From positions 106,022,001-106,086,000 of the forward strand of contig NC_045697.1 in the NCBI RefSeq assembly GCF_009834535.1: a stretch of 64,000 bases of DNA. Reading direction: 5' to 3'. Below, in pieces: positions 1-11,663 of this stretch. Position numbers and translations under genes: made by a program. A model generated the notes under the pieces. The model was not told the origin of the DNA. It saw nothing but the letters and a program-made list of their open reading frames with translations, and did no database searches. The number at the start of each line of letters is the position of its first letter. Within the stretch, counting starts at the first letter, position 1. Origin of the DNA: Camelus ferus. Its lineage: Eukaryota.

Positions 1-375
1 GACTTGGGTCCCTAAGAGAACAGATTGGTGGTTGCCAGAGACAGGGAGTGGGGATGTGAGAATTGGGTGACAGTGGTCAAAAGGTCCAAATTTCCAATTA
101 TAAGATAAATAAGTTTGAGGGATGTAATGTACAGTATGATGACTACATTTTTACAATACCTGTATTGTATTATAAGTTGATAAGAGAATAGATCTTGAAA
201 ATTCTTGTCACAAGGAAAAATTGTAATTATGTGAGGTGATGAATGTTAAGTAAAAGTACTCTGGTAATCATTTAACAATATATACATACATCAGGTCATT
301 ATTTTGTATACCTTAAACTTACATGACATTATATGCCAGTTATATCTCAATAAAACTTGAAAAAAGAGAAAAAAG
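1..375 (+). mobile_element. LINE-1 3' end (L1MA9/L1MA10-like 3' UTR) with decayed poly(A)
   Basis: Typical L1 3' UTR motifs 'aacagattggtggttgccagag', 'gggatgtaatgtacag', 'ttatatctcaataaaac', followed by an A-rich tail. Confidence 0.85.
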
Positions 376-2074
376 GAAAAAAATCTCCTGCTAGTGTTTA
401 GATTTTTGAGTTTCTTTTTGTATTATTGTCATTGTTTGTTTTACATTTTAAGATAAGTGATTATGGTTTTCATTTTATTTTTAGTAAATAATATTAATAT
501 TACATATGTATGCATATTAATTTGTTTAGCATATGTAAATATATCTTTAACTCTTCTCATTGTTTCATATGTGCCTCCTTTAAAAAGATTACAGATGAAT
601 TTTTTATAAATTTAATATTCCCTGGATTATAATTGATTTATTTCTGTATAGTTATTGAAAATATTAATATATTTATCATCATTTCTTCAAAAAATAGTTC
701 ATATGATGTTACACTACATAACTATGTCAAAATTTATTTATTCTATTATTTATGGATTTTTGAGTTATTTCCTGTTTTTACAATTGCAAAATATTATCAT
801 GTTCTTATACATGTTTTCTTGTTGATATGTGCCTGTGGGAGTACAAACACCAGGTGATAGGATTTGTGCATGTTTAATTTTACAGAGTAATTCTCATCTC
901 TTTGCAAAATGGTATCAAATTATGCTTTCATTTAATAGTATATTAGAGTCTTTGTTTCTCCTCCTCACTAATGTATGTAATGTCAGGACTTTTTAACTTT
1001 TGATAATCCAAAAGAGTGAAATAACATTTTAAGAAATATTTTGTGGATTTAATGTACATTTCTTTATAACTAAGGAGCCTGGGCAGCTTCTGGACCATGG
1101 TGGGCTCTCCTTAAGGGAAATGGCTTCTCACATCTTCATTTCTTTTTCTATTTGCTTATTGGTCTTTTTTTAATTCATGGGAATTCTTTATATATTTTTG
1201 CTAATTTGTTTTTAGTTATATATGTTTTTCTATTTTCTCTCTGTTGTTGTCTTGTACTTTTATGCACGTATATTGTCTTATAATGATCTAAAATACTTAC
1301 ATTAATGTATTTGGATATAGTGTTCTTTTTATGTTTTAATACCTTTCATATCAGCTTATGAAATCTTACACCACTCTAAAAGTACAAATAAATTCTTCTC
1401 TATCTTCTTTTAAAACTTTTACAGATTAACTTTCTATATAACAGCATTAATTCTTTTGGAATTTATTTTTGTATAGCATGATATAGGAATCAAAATTCAC
1501 ATTTTCCAATGGGCATAATCAATGTTCCATCACCATTTACTTAGTACTCCAAACTTTCTACATAGATACTCAATTCATCCCTTCACTCAAAAATATTTAT
1601 GCCAATTTATCACAAATTAAATTTTCACAGATGCATGAATATGGTCCTGGATTTTCAATTTTGTTCCATTGTTCAGTTGACTGTGCACTAATATTAAACT
1701 TGCCTTAATTAATAAAACTTTATGATATCTTGCTATTTCATAGGAAAAGCCTCATCCCCTCCTTTATCTTGTTCAGAAATGCTTGGTTATTATTGGCCCA
1801 TTGTTCATCCATTCATTTTGGAAATATACAGAATATGTAAAATAATCTTATTGAAATTTTTATTGAAAGTTTAATTAATACATAGAAAATTTTGGTAGAA
1901 TTTATATATTCCTATGTATATAAGTGCCATATCTCTTCATCTGTTTAGATAATCTCTCTCATCTTTTAATAATGCGTTATAATATTCTCTACAAAGAGCT
2001 TGCCCTTTTGTATATGAAAGTATTGTATGTATTGATTGATAATGTAAATATTAACTTTCTTATGTTAAAATTTC

Positions 2075-2562
2075 AACTGCAGAATAACATAAATACATAA
2101 AAGTTCACATTCATATGTGTAGAACTCAATGAATTACAACATTGCTAAAACATCCATGTAACTAACAAACAGATACGAAAGTTGAACATTATCAGAGCCC
2201 CAGAAAACTCCTGCAGGATGCTTCTGGTTCAACACTTTCCTTCCCTAGCAAGTTCCACTAGCCTGTCTAATTCATACATTTATTTGTTTTTTAACATTAT
2301 TTCAATAAAATCATACAATATATAGTGGCTTTTTTTAGCTCAGCATTTTATTTGTGAGATCCACCCCTGTATAATGTAGTATTGGTTTATTCATCTTCTT
2401 TGCCATGTAACTATTATATTCTGGTAATGTTCCACAGTTTAATTTTCTATTCTATTGTTGATGTGTAGTTTTGAGTTTTGGGCTATTGGTATCAGCATGG
2501 TTATGACCAGTTTTGTATACCTTTTGGTGCACATATGTTTACATTTCTAACTGGTATATACT
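2075..2562 (-). mobile_element. Old L1 (L1MC/ME-like) 3' UTR fragment
   Basis: Antisense L1 3' motifs 'ctcaatgaatt...catccatgtaacta', 'tttgtgagatccaccc', 'tttggggctatt'-like. Confidence 0.7.
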
Positions 2563-2870
2563 TGTTAGACCTAGAATTTTATTTTACCCTATTTAAAAGC
2601 TAGTAACTAGTCTATGACTCTTTAATGGATGCTGGCAGAAGACACAAGACTCCTGGGTCAGAGACAAATAATTTATTTCTCATGGCACAGCAAGCAGCAT
2701 GAGTATTAATATCTTTGTGTCACTTTCCCTTTCTCTCCCATAACACCTCCCCAAATTTCACTGGGAATGAAGAAGACGCAGATGCATGCCAGTGCACATG
2801 AGTACAACGTTAAAGAGAACTGGTAGCAGCAAGTATCTTTTTCTTTATCTAAATTAGAGAGCAAGCTTTC
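2563..2870 (-). mobile_element. Truncated ERVL-class LTR (MER68/MER77-like)
   Basis: Starts TG. 'gatgctggcagaagacacaagactcctgggtcagagacaaa' is shared with the fuller copy at 40009-40496. 'tttatt' is an antisense polyA signal. Confidence 0.7.
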
Positions 2871-2949
2871 AAAATCTTATCATTAAATACAATGCTTACT
2901 CTATATCATTACTGTTTCTATTATTGTTACTGTTATGATTGAACTATGT

Positions 2950-4150
2950 TTTAAACATAATATAGATAAGTTTTAATAAATGTATACAGACCCCAGTAAG
3001 TCCCTGTGGTAGAGAACAATTCTCAGACAGACCCCAAGTTTTCCAGTCTCTAAGACACACGCCCTCTATAATCCCCTCCCCCTGAGAGAGGGCAAGACCT
3101 GTGAATATGATAGGATAGCATTCCCTTGATTACACTATGTTCTACAGCAAAGGAGATTTTGCAGACTTAATTAATGTGCCTTAATGGTTTACTTCCATCA
3201 CAAGGGAGGTTACCCTGGGAAGGATTAACCTAGTCAAATAGCTGTAAAAGAAAGAAGCAGCAACTGCAGACACCTCTTGTTCTGGTCCATAAGTTGAGCA
3301 CACTGTGAACTGCCTATGGGAGGGGGCCACAAGGCTAGAACCTGAGACTGACCTTCGGGTATTAATGATGACTCCTGGATGAAAGTCAGTGAGACACAGG
3401 AACTCTAGTTCTACAGGTGCGAGGAACTGAGCTCTTCCAACATCCCAGGAACTTAGAAAGGGGCTCAGGACCTCAGATAAGATCTCAGCTCCAGCAGACA
3501 TCCTGACCCAGAGCAGAGGATCCAATTATGTGATGTCCAGACCTCTGACCTACAGAAACTGCGAGATAACAAACGGATGTTAAGTCACTAAGTGTATGGT
3601 AACTTGTTACGCAGTGATAAAAAAATATTACATTCCCACCTGCTTTTTTCCAGTTAATTTTCATACACTAGAGGGTGTTCTGGTTCAATCACTATAACTT
3701 AGTTTTGCCTTTCCTAGAATTTGACAAAAATTGTAACATATATATAAATTAAATAAATAAAATATTTTGTATCTGGCATTTTGCTTTATGTTTTTCTGTA
3801 TATCAGTAGTTTGTTCTCTTTATTGCTAAGTATATTATTATGTGAATATACTGCAATTTGATTATTTATTTACCTGATTTTGATATTAGGGTTGTTTTCA
3901 GCTTGGAGATAATATGAATAAAGTGGTTATTTTGAACATTCTTGCCCACAATATTTTGGGGACGTATGTTTCATTTCTTTGGAGTAAGTACCTAGAATAT
4001 AATTGTTGAGTCATAGGGCAGGTGGATGTGTATAAGATGTTGCCAAATTGTTTTCCAAGGGATTATATTATTTTTCACTCCCACCAGCAACGTGTGATCA
4101 TGCCAATCTCTCTATATCTTGCCAACACTTATTATTGCCAGTCTTTTTAA
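2950..4150 (-). mobile_element. Old L1 3' fragment split by the MLT LTR at 3005-3632
   Basis: Antisense L1 motifs 'ttagttttgcctttcctagaattt', 'ttgccaaattgttttccaag', 'cactcccaccagcaac'. Confidence 0.75.
3005..3632 (+). mobile_element. MaLR solo LTR (MLT1E/F-like)
   Basis: TG...CA termini. MLT motifs 'ggagattttgcaga', 'acagaaactgcgagataa', 'ttgttacgcag'. 5-bp TSD gtccc (3000-3004) / ttccc (3633-3637). Confidence 0.85.
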
Positions 4151-4151
4151 T

Positions 4152-4350
4152 AGACTCTGGAGTAATGCTGCCAGAATTTGAATCCTGGCATTGACACTTT
4201 GTGTATGACCTTGAACGAGCTATTTTCTGTCCTTCAGGTCTTCTTATTTGTAAATTGAGAGAAATATTAGTACCTGACCCATAGGGTTGTTTTAATGACT
4301 GAGTTTATGTATGGAACATCCTAAAAAATGTGCTTGACATCTAATATCAT
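4152..4350 (+). mobile_element. MIR SINE
   Basis: 'agactctggag...tttgaatcctggc...tgaccttgaac...catagggttgtt' matches the MIR core. Confidence 0.8.
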
Positions 4351-4454
4351 ATAAATTTAAATTGTTATTTATAATTTTGCATTCGTATGCATGATAAAGA
4401 TTGCTCTATAATTTTCCTTTCTTGTACTCATCTTTTAAGAACTTTGTTGACCTT

Positions 4455-4612
4455 ACAGGGAAATATATACAAGATCTTATGGTAGCTCACAGAGAAAAAA
4501 ATGTGACAATGAATATATATATATTCATGTATAACTGAAAAATTGTGCTCTACACTGGAATTTGACACATTGTAAAATGATTATAAATCAATAAAAAATG
4601 TTAAAAAAAAAA
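4455..4612 (+). mobile_element. Young (camelid-type) L1 3' end with poly(A)
   Basis: 'acagggaaatatatacaagatctt...tgacacattgtaaaatgattataaatcaataaaaaatgttaaaaaaaaaa'. Confidence 0.85.
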
Positions 4613-6252
4613 GAAAGTTGCTGGCTTAATATATTAGCACTAGTGTATGTTCTTAGTTTTTCTATTCTCTGGTAAATTTTATAGAATATTAGAGCTATCT
4701 AAACCTTAAATATTTGGTAAAATTAAGTCATAAAGCTGTGTGAGACTGGTGTTTTCTTTGGGAAGATTTTTAACTCCTGATTCTATTTCTTTAACTATTG
4801 TGTGAAAATTCTAATTTTTGTTTCTTTTGGTGTAAGATTGGTAAATTATTTTCTCCCATAAATTTATCAATTTTATTTATTCATATGCATTGGCTAGTTT
4901 TTCCAAGGGTCCTTTAAATTTTTGTTGCATTCTGTAAGTATGAACTCAATTATTTTCTAATATTATTTGTGTTTCCTTTTTTAAAAATAATTAGTTTTGC
5001 CATCATTTTGTCTGTTGTTATGTTTTCAAAGACTCAGCTCTTAACTTTGCTGATCTGCCACATTGGGTATTTATTTTCCTTGTCATTTATTTATACTTTT
5101 ATCGCTTGCTTTTTTTCTATTCTTGACAGGGTCATTATTCTCTTAACTTCATAATTTGGATGATTTATTCTTTAATTCTCAGCCTTTCTTTTAAAAATGT
5201 CAACACTTAAGTCTAAGTTCACATTCCCTCTATGCACACTACTAGCTGCATACCAAAAGTTTTGATACGAATTGTTTTCATTAAAACTTAGTTCCAAATA
5301 TTTACCAACTTTCATTATTATTTATTCCTTAATATGTACTATAGCCACATGTGTTTTTCTAAACTCCAATATAGGCATCTTTTCTGGTCATCTTTGTGTT
5401 ATTGAATGTTATCATATAATTTTTTGAGAAAATAGTATTACTTATCTCTTTACTCTGATAATATGGTGAATTTCATTGTTGGTTGTCACATTCTGGTATA
5501 TTTATTGAGACTGATTTACTACCTAGGTTATGGCCAAGTTTCCTAAATATAACATATGTGTTTGGGGAAAAAAAGTGCATTATTTATTTGCTGAGTACCA
5601 TATTTTATATGTTCATTGGTTGAGTTTGCTAGTCAAACTCTTCAAAGTCATGTTCTTACTTATTGTTCTTGTCTGTTTGATCTATCAGTTATGGAACATT
5701 AACTCTTTTATTCACCTGTGATCAATTATAATTTGGATTTGGTGATAAAACAATTATTATGGATGTTGATATCCTTGTCAAATTCAGCTTCTTATTTGGG
5801 AATTTTTGGTATATTTTGAGACTACATCACTAGTTTCACACAATTATATCTCTCTGGCATTGAACCCATCATCAATATATATATTCTTTTTGTCATTGGT
5901 AAAATTTTTATATTTGTTTCTTTTTTCTGTTATTTATATAACTACATCATGTTTTTTGGTTAGTATTTGTCTCTTGTAACTTCTTTATATTTTGTCCTTC
6001 AACAATTGTATATTTTTATATTTCAAGAGCACTTAACTCAGCTGAAACAACATCTAATCTGACAATCTTCATCCTTAAAAATGGAAGAGCTTAGTCCATT
6101 TGTGTTACTGCTATCACATTTTTAATTTAAGTTTAGTTCTACCCTTTTATTTTGTGCTCTTCATTTTGTCTTTCCATAACTGAGGAAGATTCTCTTTGAA
6201 TTGTATCATTTTCCTATTCTTTCTATTGTCTCTTTGTAGACAATGAATACAT

Positions 6253-6522
6253 CTTTTTTTAATTTTATTTTTTAACTGAAGTATAGTTGATTTATAATAC
6301 TGTGTTAGTTTCCATTTTGTCTTTCCTTTTGTTAATGTCATGCATTATATTGATTGATTTGTGCATATCGAACCCTCTTTGGGACCCTGGAATGAATCTA
6401 ACTTTGTCATGTTGTGTGGTCCTTTTTATGTGTTGTTGGATTCAGTTTGCTGTTATTTTGTTGAGGATTTCTGCATCTATATTCATCAAAGATGTTGGCC
6501 TATAATTTTCTTTTTTGGTGTA
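6253..6522 (-). mobile_element. Internally deleted L1 insertion: ORF2 RT fragment fused to the last ~60 nt of L1
   Basis: Exact 15-bp TSD agacaatgaatacat (6238-6252, 6523-6537). The minus strand of 6314-6520 translates to [31 protein letters not shown]... (L1 ORF2), followed directly by 'ggaaactaacacagtattataaatcaactatacttcag' and an A-tail. Confidence 0.9.
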
Positions 6523-8950
6523 AGACAATGAATACATATTTTTATGCTACCTTTTAAATAATTTCTTTTAACTTCTCATCCAACTCTTTAATTCCCTCTG
6601 TAATTGAGCTGAATATGTAACTTAACTTACCTATTAAGTTTAAAATTGTGATTTTTTTTATGCATAGGAGCTCTTTCTGATTACTGTTTTTCAAATTTCC
6701 TTGGTAAGTTTCATATGCTGTTTTTCTTTGTTCATATACTTAATCTTCTCTTTTATTCATTCAAATCTATTAATGATATTTCATTTTTACTCTGTCTTAC
6801 AGTTTAAATATCATGGATTTGATGTTGCCTCCTGTTGCTTTTGCTGACCCTTATATGGAGTCATGTTTCTTTTTTTTTATGGATTTTAACTCTAAAGTTT
6901 TGTTCCTTGGAATATTTTGTATATAGAATTCTTTGAGGTCTGGTCTGAGGTGCACTCTCTAGAGGGGAATTGACTGTGACTAATCTGGATTCACTTTACA
7001 TGAGTTGATGTGAATTTGTGCTACAGCCTTACATGATGGGAGAATTGTGTTGGGACATGTCAAGGGAGAATTTTTCATATTCTTCCAGTAACATGATCAA
7101 GAGAGGCAAGATCCCTTCCTAGGAGCTTCTGCTGAACAACCTGACACTGTCCATACAAACTTTGGGGCCCAGCTTTCTGTAGGAGAGCTATATTAGACTC
7201 CATATTTGTGTCTGGCTGTAGGCTGTATGTTGAGTCTTCACACATGCTGTAGCCATCAAATCTAAAACTCAAGGTCACTAGGGTTTGGCAGATATCATCA
7301 GAGTGGCTTAGGCACTGGCTTACCTCCCAGAGTTCCAGCTTTCACTTCATTTTTTGGCCTCTGCTGATTCTAACCCTTTTTTTTTTTTTTTTTTTGCCAC
7401 CTCAGTTCTATACTAAAATTTGATCTTAAGTTTTTTTTTTTTTTTTAATTTTGCTCATCTTCTGCAGTATGGTTTTTCAGAGTATCCAGTCTACCATTTT
7501 GGTAGAAATAGAAAACAGTTATATTTTTTAATATTTATGGAATCTTTCTCTTTTCTCTGTTCCACCTTCAGCACCCTAAGTTTCGTTCTCAACTGGGTTC
7601 TCACCTGGATCCTAGTTTCACTCTCTTCCACACTGGGGCTGCTTTTGGGCTGCTTTTGAGCTTGGCATATAATCCATATTCCTTGGAGGAAACAGAGAAG
7701 GAATGGACCTTAAGATATGACTAAAACTGAAGAGTGTGCTAAAAGAATGTAGAGTCAATGAATAAATGGATTAATCAATAGTGTATCTCGCAGGATATAA
7801 GGTCCCAAAGTTATTTCATTGTTCTTTTTAGTCTAAAAGCATAAATTTCTACTTTGCATCTGATTAAATAGAGTTCCCAAGTTCATTACTTGTATTTCAA
7901 AGAACATCAAATTATTTGCTTAAGCTAAAAAGATCTTTGACAGCAAGTTTCAAGTACTTAAGAATGCATAGGGCTTCTCTTCCATGAATAGTATGTACAG
8001 AGAGATGCATATATGCCACATTATGGAAGTCTCTCTGAATGATAATTCTACTGCAGATGGATAATGATATACTGTCTCTCCTTGCCATTATTGAGCATTA
8101 GATTGTTATTAACACTTTGTTTCATTTTCTATTACCTACAAAGTAGAGATGGAGAGAGAAGTAGGTTCTTTTCACAATGAATTTTCAAAGCTTATTTTTA
8201 TCAGTGTCTAACATACTGTGATTTTAAAAGCATGTGATCAGTTCCTTCACTCAATTAATTTAATAGTAATTTTAAAACATACAATCTTTAATAATAAGTA
8301 GGAGTTCAAGGAAATAATGAATCAGATAATGTACTACTTCATTTTTCATTCTCCTGTACCATATGCAAGACACAGTCTCACACAGACACACATCTTTATC
8401 AGTAATCCAATTGAAAGACTTCTTGGCACTTCAAGTTCTTGGACAGAAGGGGGAAGTTTTGTTGATAATATATCAATACATCTAATATATTGGCAAAATT
8501 TCATTTAGCAAAAATCTTTAGATAGTGAAGAGCAAATTTCATGAAGAATATTACCATGGTTATAAACAGATTAAGAAACACAGCTGTTAAAGTAATAGTG
8601 ATTGATGTAGATGTTTCAGAGAAACGATATGCAATCAATACTTCCTTGCCAAGGGCCTGGAATGGATAGCACACACGTAGCTACGTAGGCACTAAACTTA
8701 GGATGAAAACTATTTTCGAGATATGGAGTCTGCTAAGATTAGATGTCTGACTTCATAAAACCTGCCTCTGTAGTTCGTTGCCTTCGTATCTTTGCCTCTA
8801 CTCTCCTATAATTAGTGCATCAGTTAAAACTGGGCCACTCTGACTCAAAACGCTGGGGTTTTGCTGACTTCATTGTCTTCCTAATAATTGTTGCCTGTGT
8901 CACAATCATCAGATGCAGCAGAAATCTTACAGGGCTGTCTCCTTCTCACC

Positions 8951-9267
8951 CAGCACTGTCTGACAGACAACATGCAAGCCACATATGTAATTGAAAATTT
9001 TTTAGGAGCGTATTTTTTAAAAAGGAGAAGAAACAGAGGAAACAAATTTTAATAATGTATTTGATTTAATCCAATATCCAAAATATTAGCATTTAAAATA
9101 TAACCAATGTTTAAATTATTAATGCCAATATTTCACATTCCTTTTTCATACTAAGCCACCAAAATCCTTTGTGTCTGTTACACTTCCAGCATATTTCCAT
9201 TTAACTGGGTGCATTTCGAGTATCCAATAGCTACATGTGGCTAGTGATGACTACCTTAGCAACACAG
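8951..9267. mobile_element. hAT-Charlie non-autonomous DNA transposon (MER33-like)
   Basis: 'cagcactgtc...gcaagccacatatgtaatt...aatagctacatgtggctagtg...aacacag'. Confidence 0.8.
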
Positions 9268-9409
9268 TTCCAGACAAAATTTTTAAGAAGCACAAAAAAC
9301 AGGCTCTATAAACTTGAGCTCAGCGGCCTTTATGCCATCTCCGTGATCATGGAAGGTGGAGAATACATTTCACTTTCACTTTTAATTCCCCAAAGATGAA
9401 ATACTCACC

Positions 9410-9660
9410 TGTTTATTTAGTAAATACTTGTTCTTTGCTGACTCTGTGCTTCATGATGCGCTTGGCATTGGGTTAGTGTCACAAATAGTCCCCATTCCCA
9501 CGGAGCTTGTAATATCATTGCAAGGACTCACAAACATTTATTGAATATGCATTTTGTGCTAGTAACTCCCCTCAGTGGTCTTTGTACATTGTCTCCGGCA
9601 AGGTACCAGTCAGATGTTCGTCTTCTCACCAACTTACAGGTGAGAAAACCATAGTCATTT
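9410..9660 (-). mobile_element. L2 3' fragment (~9410-9512) followed by a MIR fragment (~9530-9660)
   Basis: 'tttatttagtaaatacttg...cacggagcttg' (L2 antisense); 'aacatttattgaat...ttacaggtgagaaaac' (MIR antisense). Confidence 0.55.
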
Positions 9661-9742
9661 AGTTCCCTGTCATAATGCCGTCTTCATAACCCTAACCTTC
9701 CCCAAACTGAACTTACTGATTCTCGCCTAGAGAGTCCTAAGA

Positions 9743-9896
9743 CAGTAGTTTTCAACCCTGGCAGAACATTAGAACCACTCGGCGAGCTTCTTAAAGTTGC
9801 CAACGCCTGGGACCCTCCCTCAGAAATTCTAATGTAGTTGGCTTGGGTTTCTTAAAAAAAAATGACCCAAGTGATTCTAATATGCTGCCAAGATTG
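9743..9896. mobile_element. MER5A/B-like hAT element
   Basis: 'cagtagttttcaaccctggc...cattagaa...cagaaattct...aagtgattctaatatgc'. Confidence 0.8.
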
Positions 9897-10544
9897 TTTA
9901 GGGGAGATTCAAGGAGGTTTAATCCCATGGTCATGGGAAATGCCTGCAAGTAGTCCCTTCCTAACCTTTGTTCATCACAGAAGAATTAAGTGTTGGCTTT
10001 GTCACTGATACCAAGTCTCAAAACTTTTACCCAAGTTCTTTTTTACCATCTTCTGCTCACCTCAAGACCACAAATCACTTAGCTCTTGCTGAACTTTCTG
10101 CTGAGCCTAGAGTCCTTCTCAAAACCCCTACCCTAAGGCTGAACTAAGTTTGCATTTCAGACAATATCTGAGAGCCGCTGATGTTGTTTGTCCAGGAGCC
10201 AAACTTTGACAACTACTGCTCTATGGAATGCTGGACTGGATTCCTCAAATCGCTTTTAACTGAATCTGCTTCTTTCTGCACACGATGTGGTACTTGCCCC
10301 CACTCTAGTGAATATGCCCACTGATTTCCAGCATCTGCTGGTCTACCTTGTCTTACGTACTTTGTATTTCTATATCTAGCTCTAGGACAAGATAGCCGTA
10401 CACCTTTGCAAACAGAATGCAGTCTCAGCGTTTCAGTAGCTGGATCAATGATGCTGTTGTAGATTTCTAGACAAACCTCACTTGTCAATGAGCACTCTAT
10501 GCAAAGCATGTCCAAATAAAAATGCAAAACTACACGAGAAGGAG

Positions 10545-10816
10545 ACTTTCCCCCTTTGTCTGTTGCCCTTTGTCTAGCCTCCTTCTTCCTACTGGAACGA
10601 ACACATGATGTCTTCTAAGTTCAATAACCACCTTGCAACCAAAAAGATACAAGGAAGTTAGAAGGAGCCCAGGTTTTGACAGGATCTTGGAACAATCAAA
10701 CCAGCCCTGAAATGCCTACCACTGAACTTCCTGTTACATGAGATGGATAATCTCCAATTTTATTCATCTCATTGTTCATCAAGTTTTTATAACAGCCAAA
10801 TTCAGTCCAACTTGAC
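10545..10816 (+). mobile_element. Old MaLR LTR fragment (MLT1J/K-like)
   Basis: 'ccaccttgcaacca...gaaggagcccagg...ccagccctgaaatgcctacc...acttcctgttacatgaga...aacagccaaa'. Confidence 0.65.
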
Positions 10817-11060
10817 ACGTATGCTGAATTCTTAAACTACCCTTTGAACTATTAAACCACTGCTTCTTTGAACATCAACTTGTCAATAATGACTTAGGGC
10901 TCTCGCTTGATGATATTACCAACTATCTCTGCTCACCAGGCTACAGGAATATTTGCATGTAGAAGCTGAGGGAAAATATTTTTCCCTACTCTCCATTGTC
11001 CCAACCATCGACATCTGCCACTTGAAGAAGCAGTCCTGGAAGCTCGGCAAACCTGGGAGT

Positions 11061-11663
11061 TGTTACCTGAAAATAGGTTCTTGTCTCGCACAGGAAAGAA
11101 TTCAACAGCGAGACATAGTAAAGTGAAAGCAAATTTATGTAAGGAGATGCACACTCCGTACACAGAGTGCAGTCTTTCTCACTCAGAAGGGAAAACGGCT
11201 TAGGAGATACATATTCTACAGGCAGAACGCGGGCCATCTCAAAAGGAGACGGGTGGGGAGCGAAGGAGCGAGAGAGTCCATGAGGAGTGAGGAAGTTTAG
11301 TTTAAAGTAAAAGCAGGGACACACTCCATGGACAGAGTGGAAGTCATCTCAGAAAGCAAAAGAGAGCAGCCATGAGGTGAGAGGTTGTCGGTTTTAATGG
11401 GCTCGGTAAATTCATATGCTAATGAGGAGGAGGGTTATTTCAATTACTTTGAGGAGGAGATGGGATTTCCAGGAATTGGACCCCACCCACTTTTTGACCT
11501 TTTATGGTCAGCCTGGGAACTGTCGTGGCGCCTGTGGGTGCACCATGAGGCTCAAGGTCTACTGGAGGTCGAATCTTCTGCCGTCATGGTTCTAACCAGT
11601 TTGTCCTCCATTGCTGTGTTATTCCTTCAGTGATTATGCCCTGCCCCCTTCCCTCCTTTCTCA
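11061..11663 (-). mobile_element. Complete ERV solo LTR (lineage-specific, ERV1-like)
   Basis: TG (tgttacc)...CA (tttctca) termini, CpG-rich, flanks ggagt/gtagt, internal ~40-bp repeats. Homologous to the polyadenylated copy at 14161-14353. Confidence 0.85.

Larger units (their letters stand above)
720..7510 (-). mobile_element. Ancient, highly decayed large LINE-1 (L1ME-like), fragmented by younger insertions
   Basis: T-rich antisense L1 blocks in the expected order: 3' part ~720-2050, ORF2-like ~4380-6250 (e.g. 'ggtgttttctttgggaagatttttaactcctgattctatttcttta'), ORF1/5'-like ~6550-7510. May be more than one element. Confidence 0.6.

Noticed and set aside
4437..4627. TSD around the L1 tip at 4455
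   Set aside because: The candidate flanks (aagaactttgttgacct / aagaaagttgctggctt) differ at about 5 of 17 positions, too many for an otherwise young-looking element.
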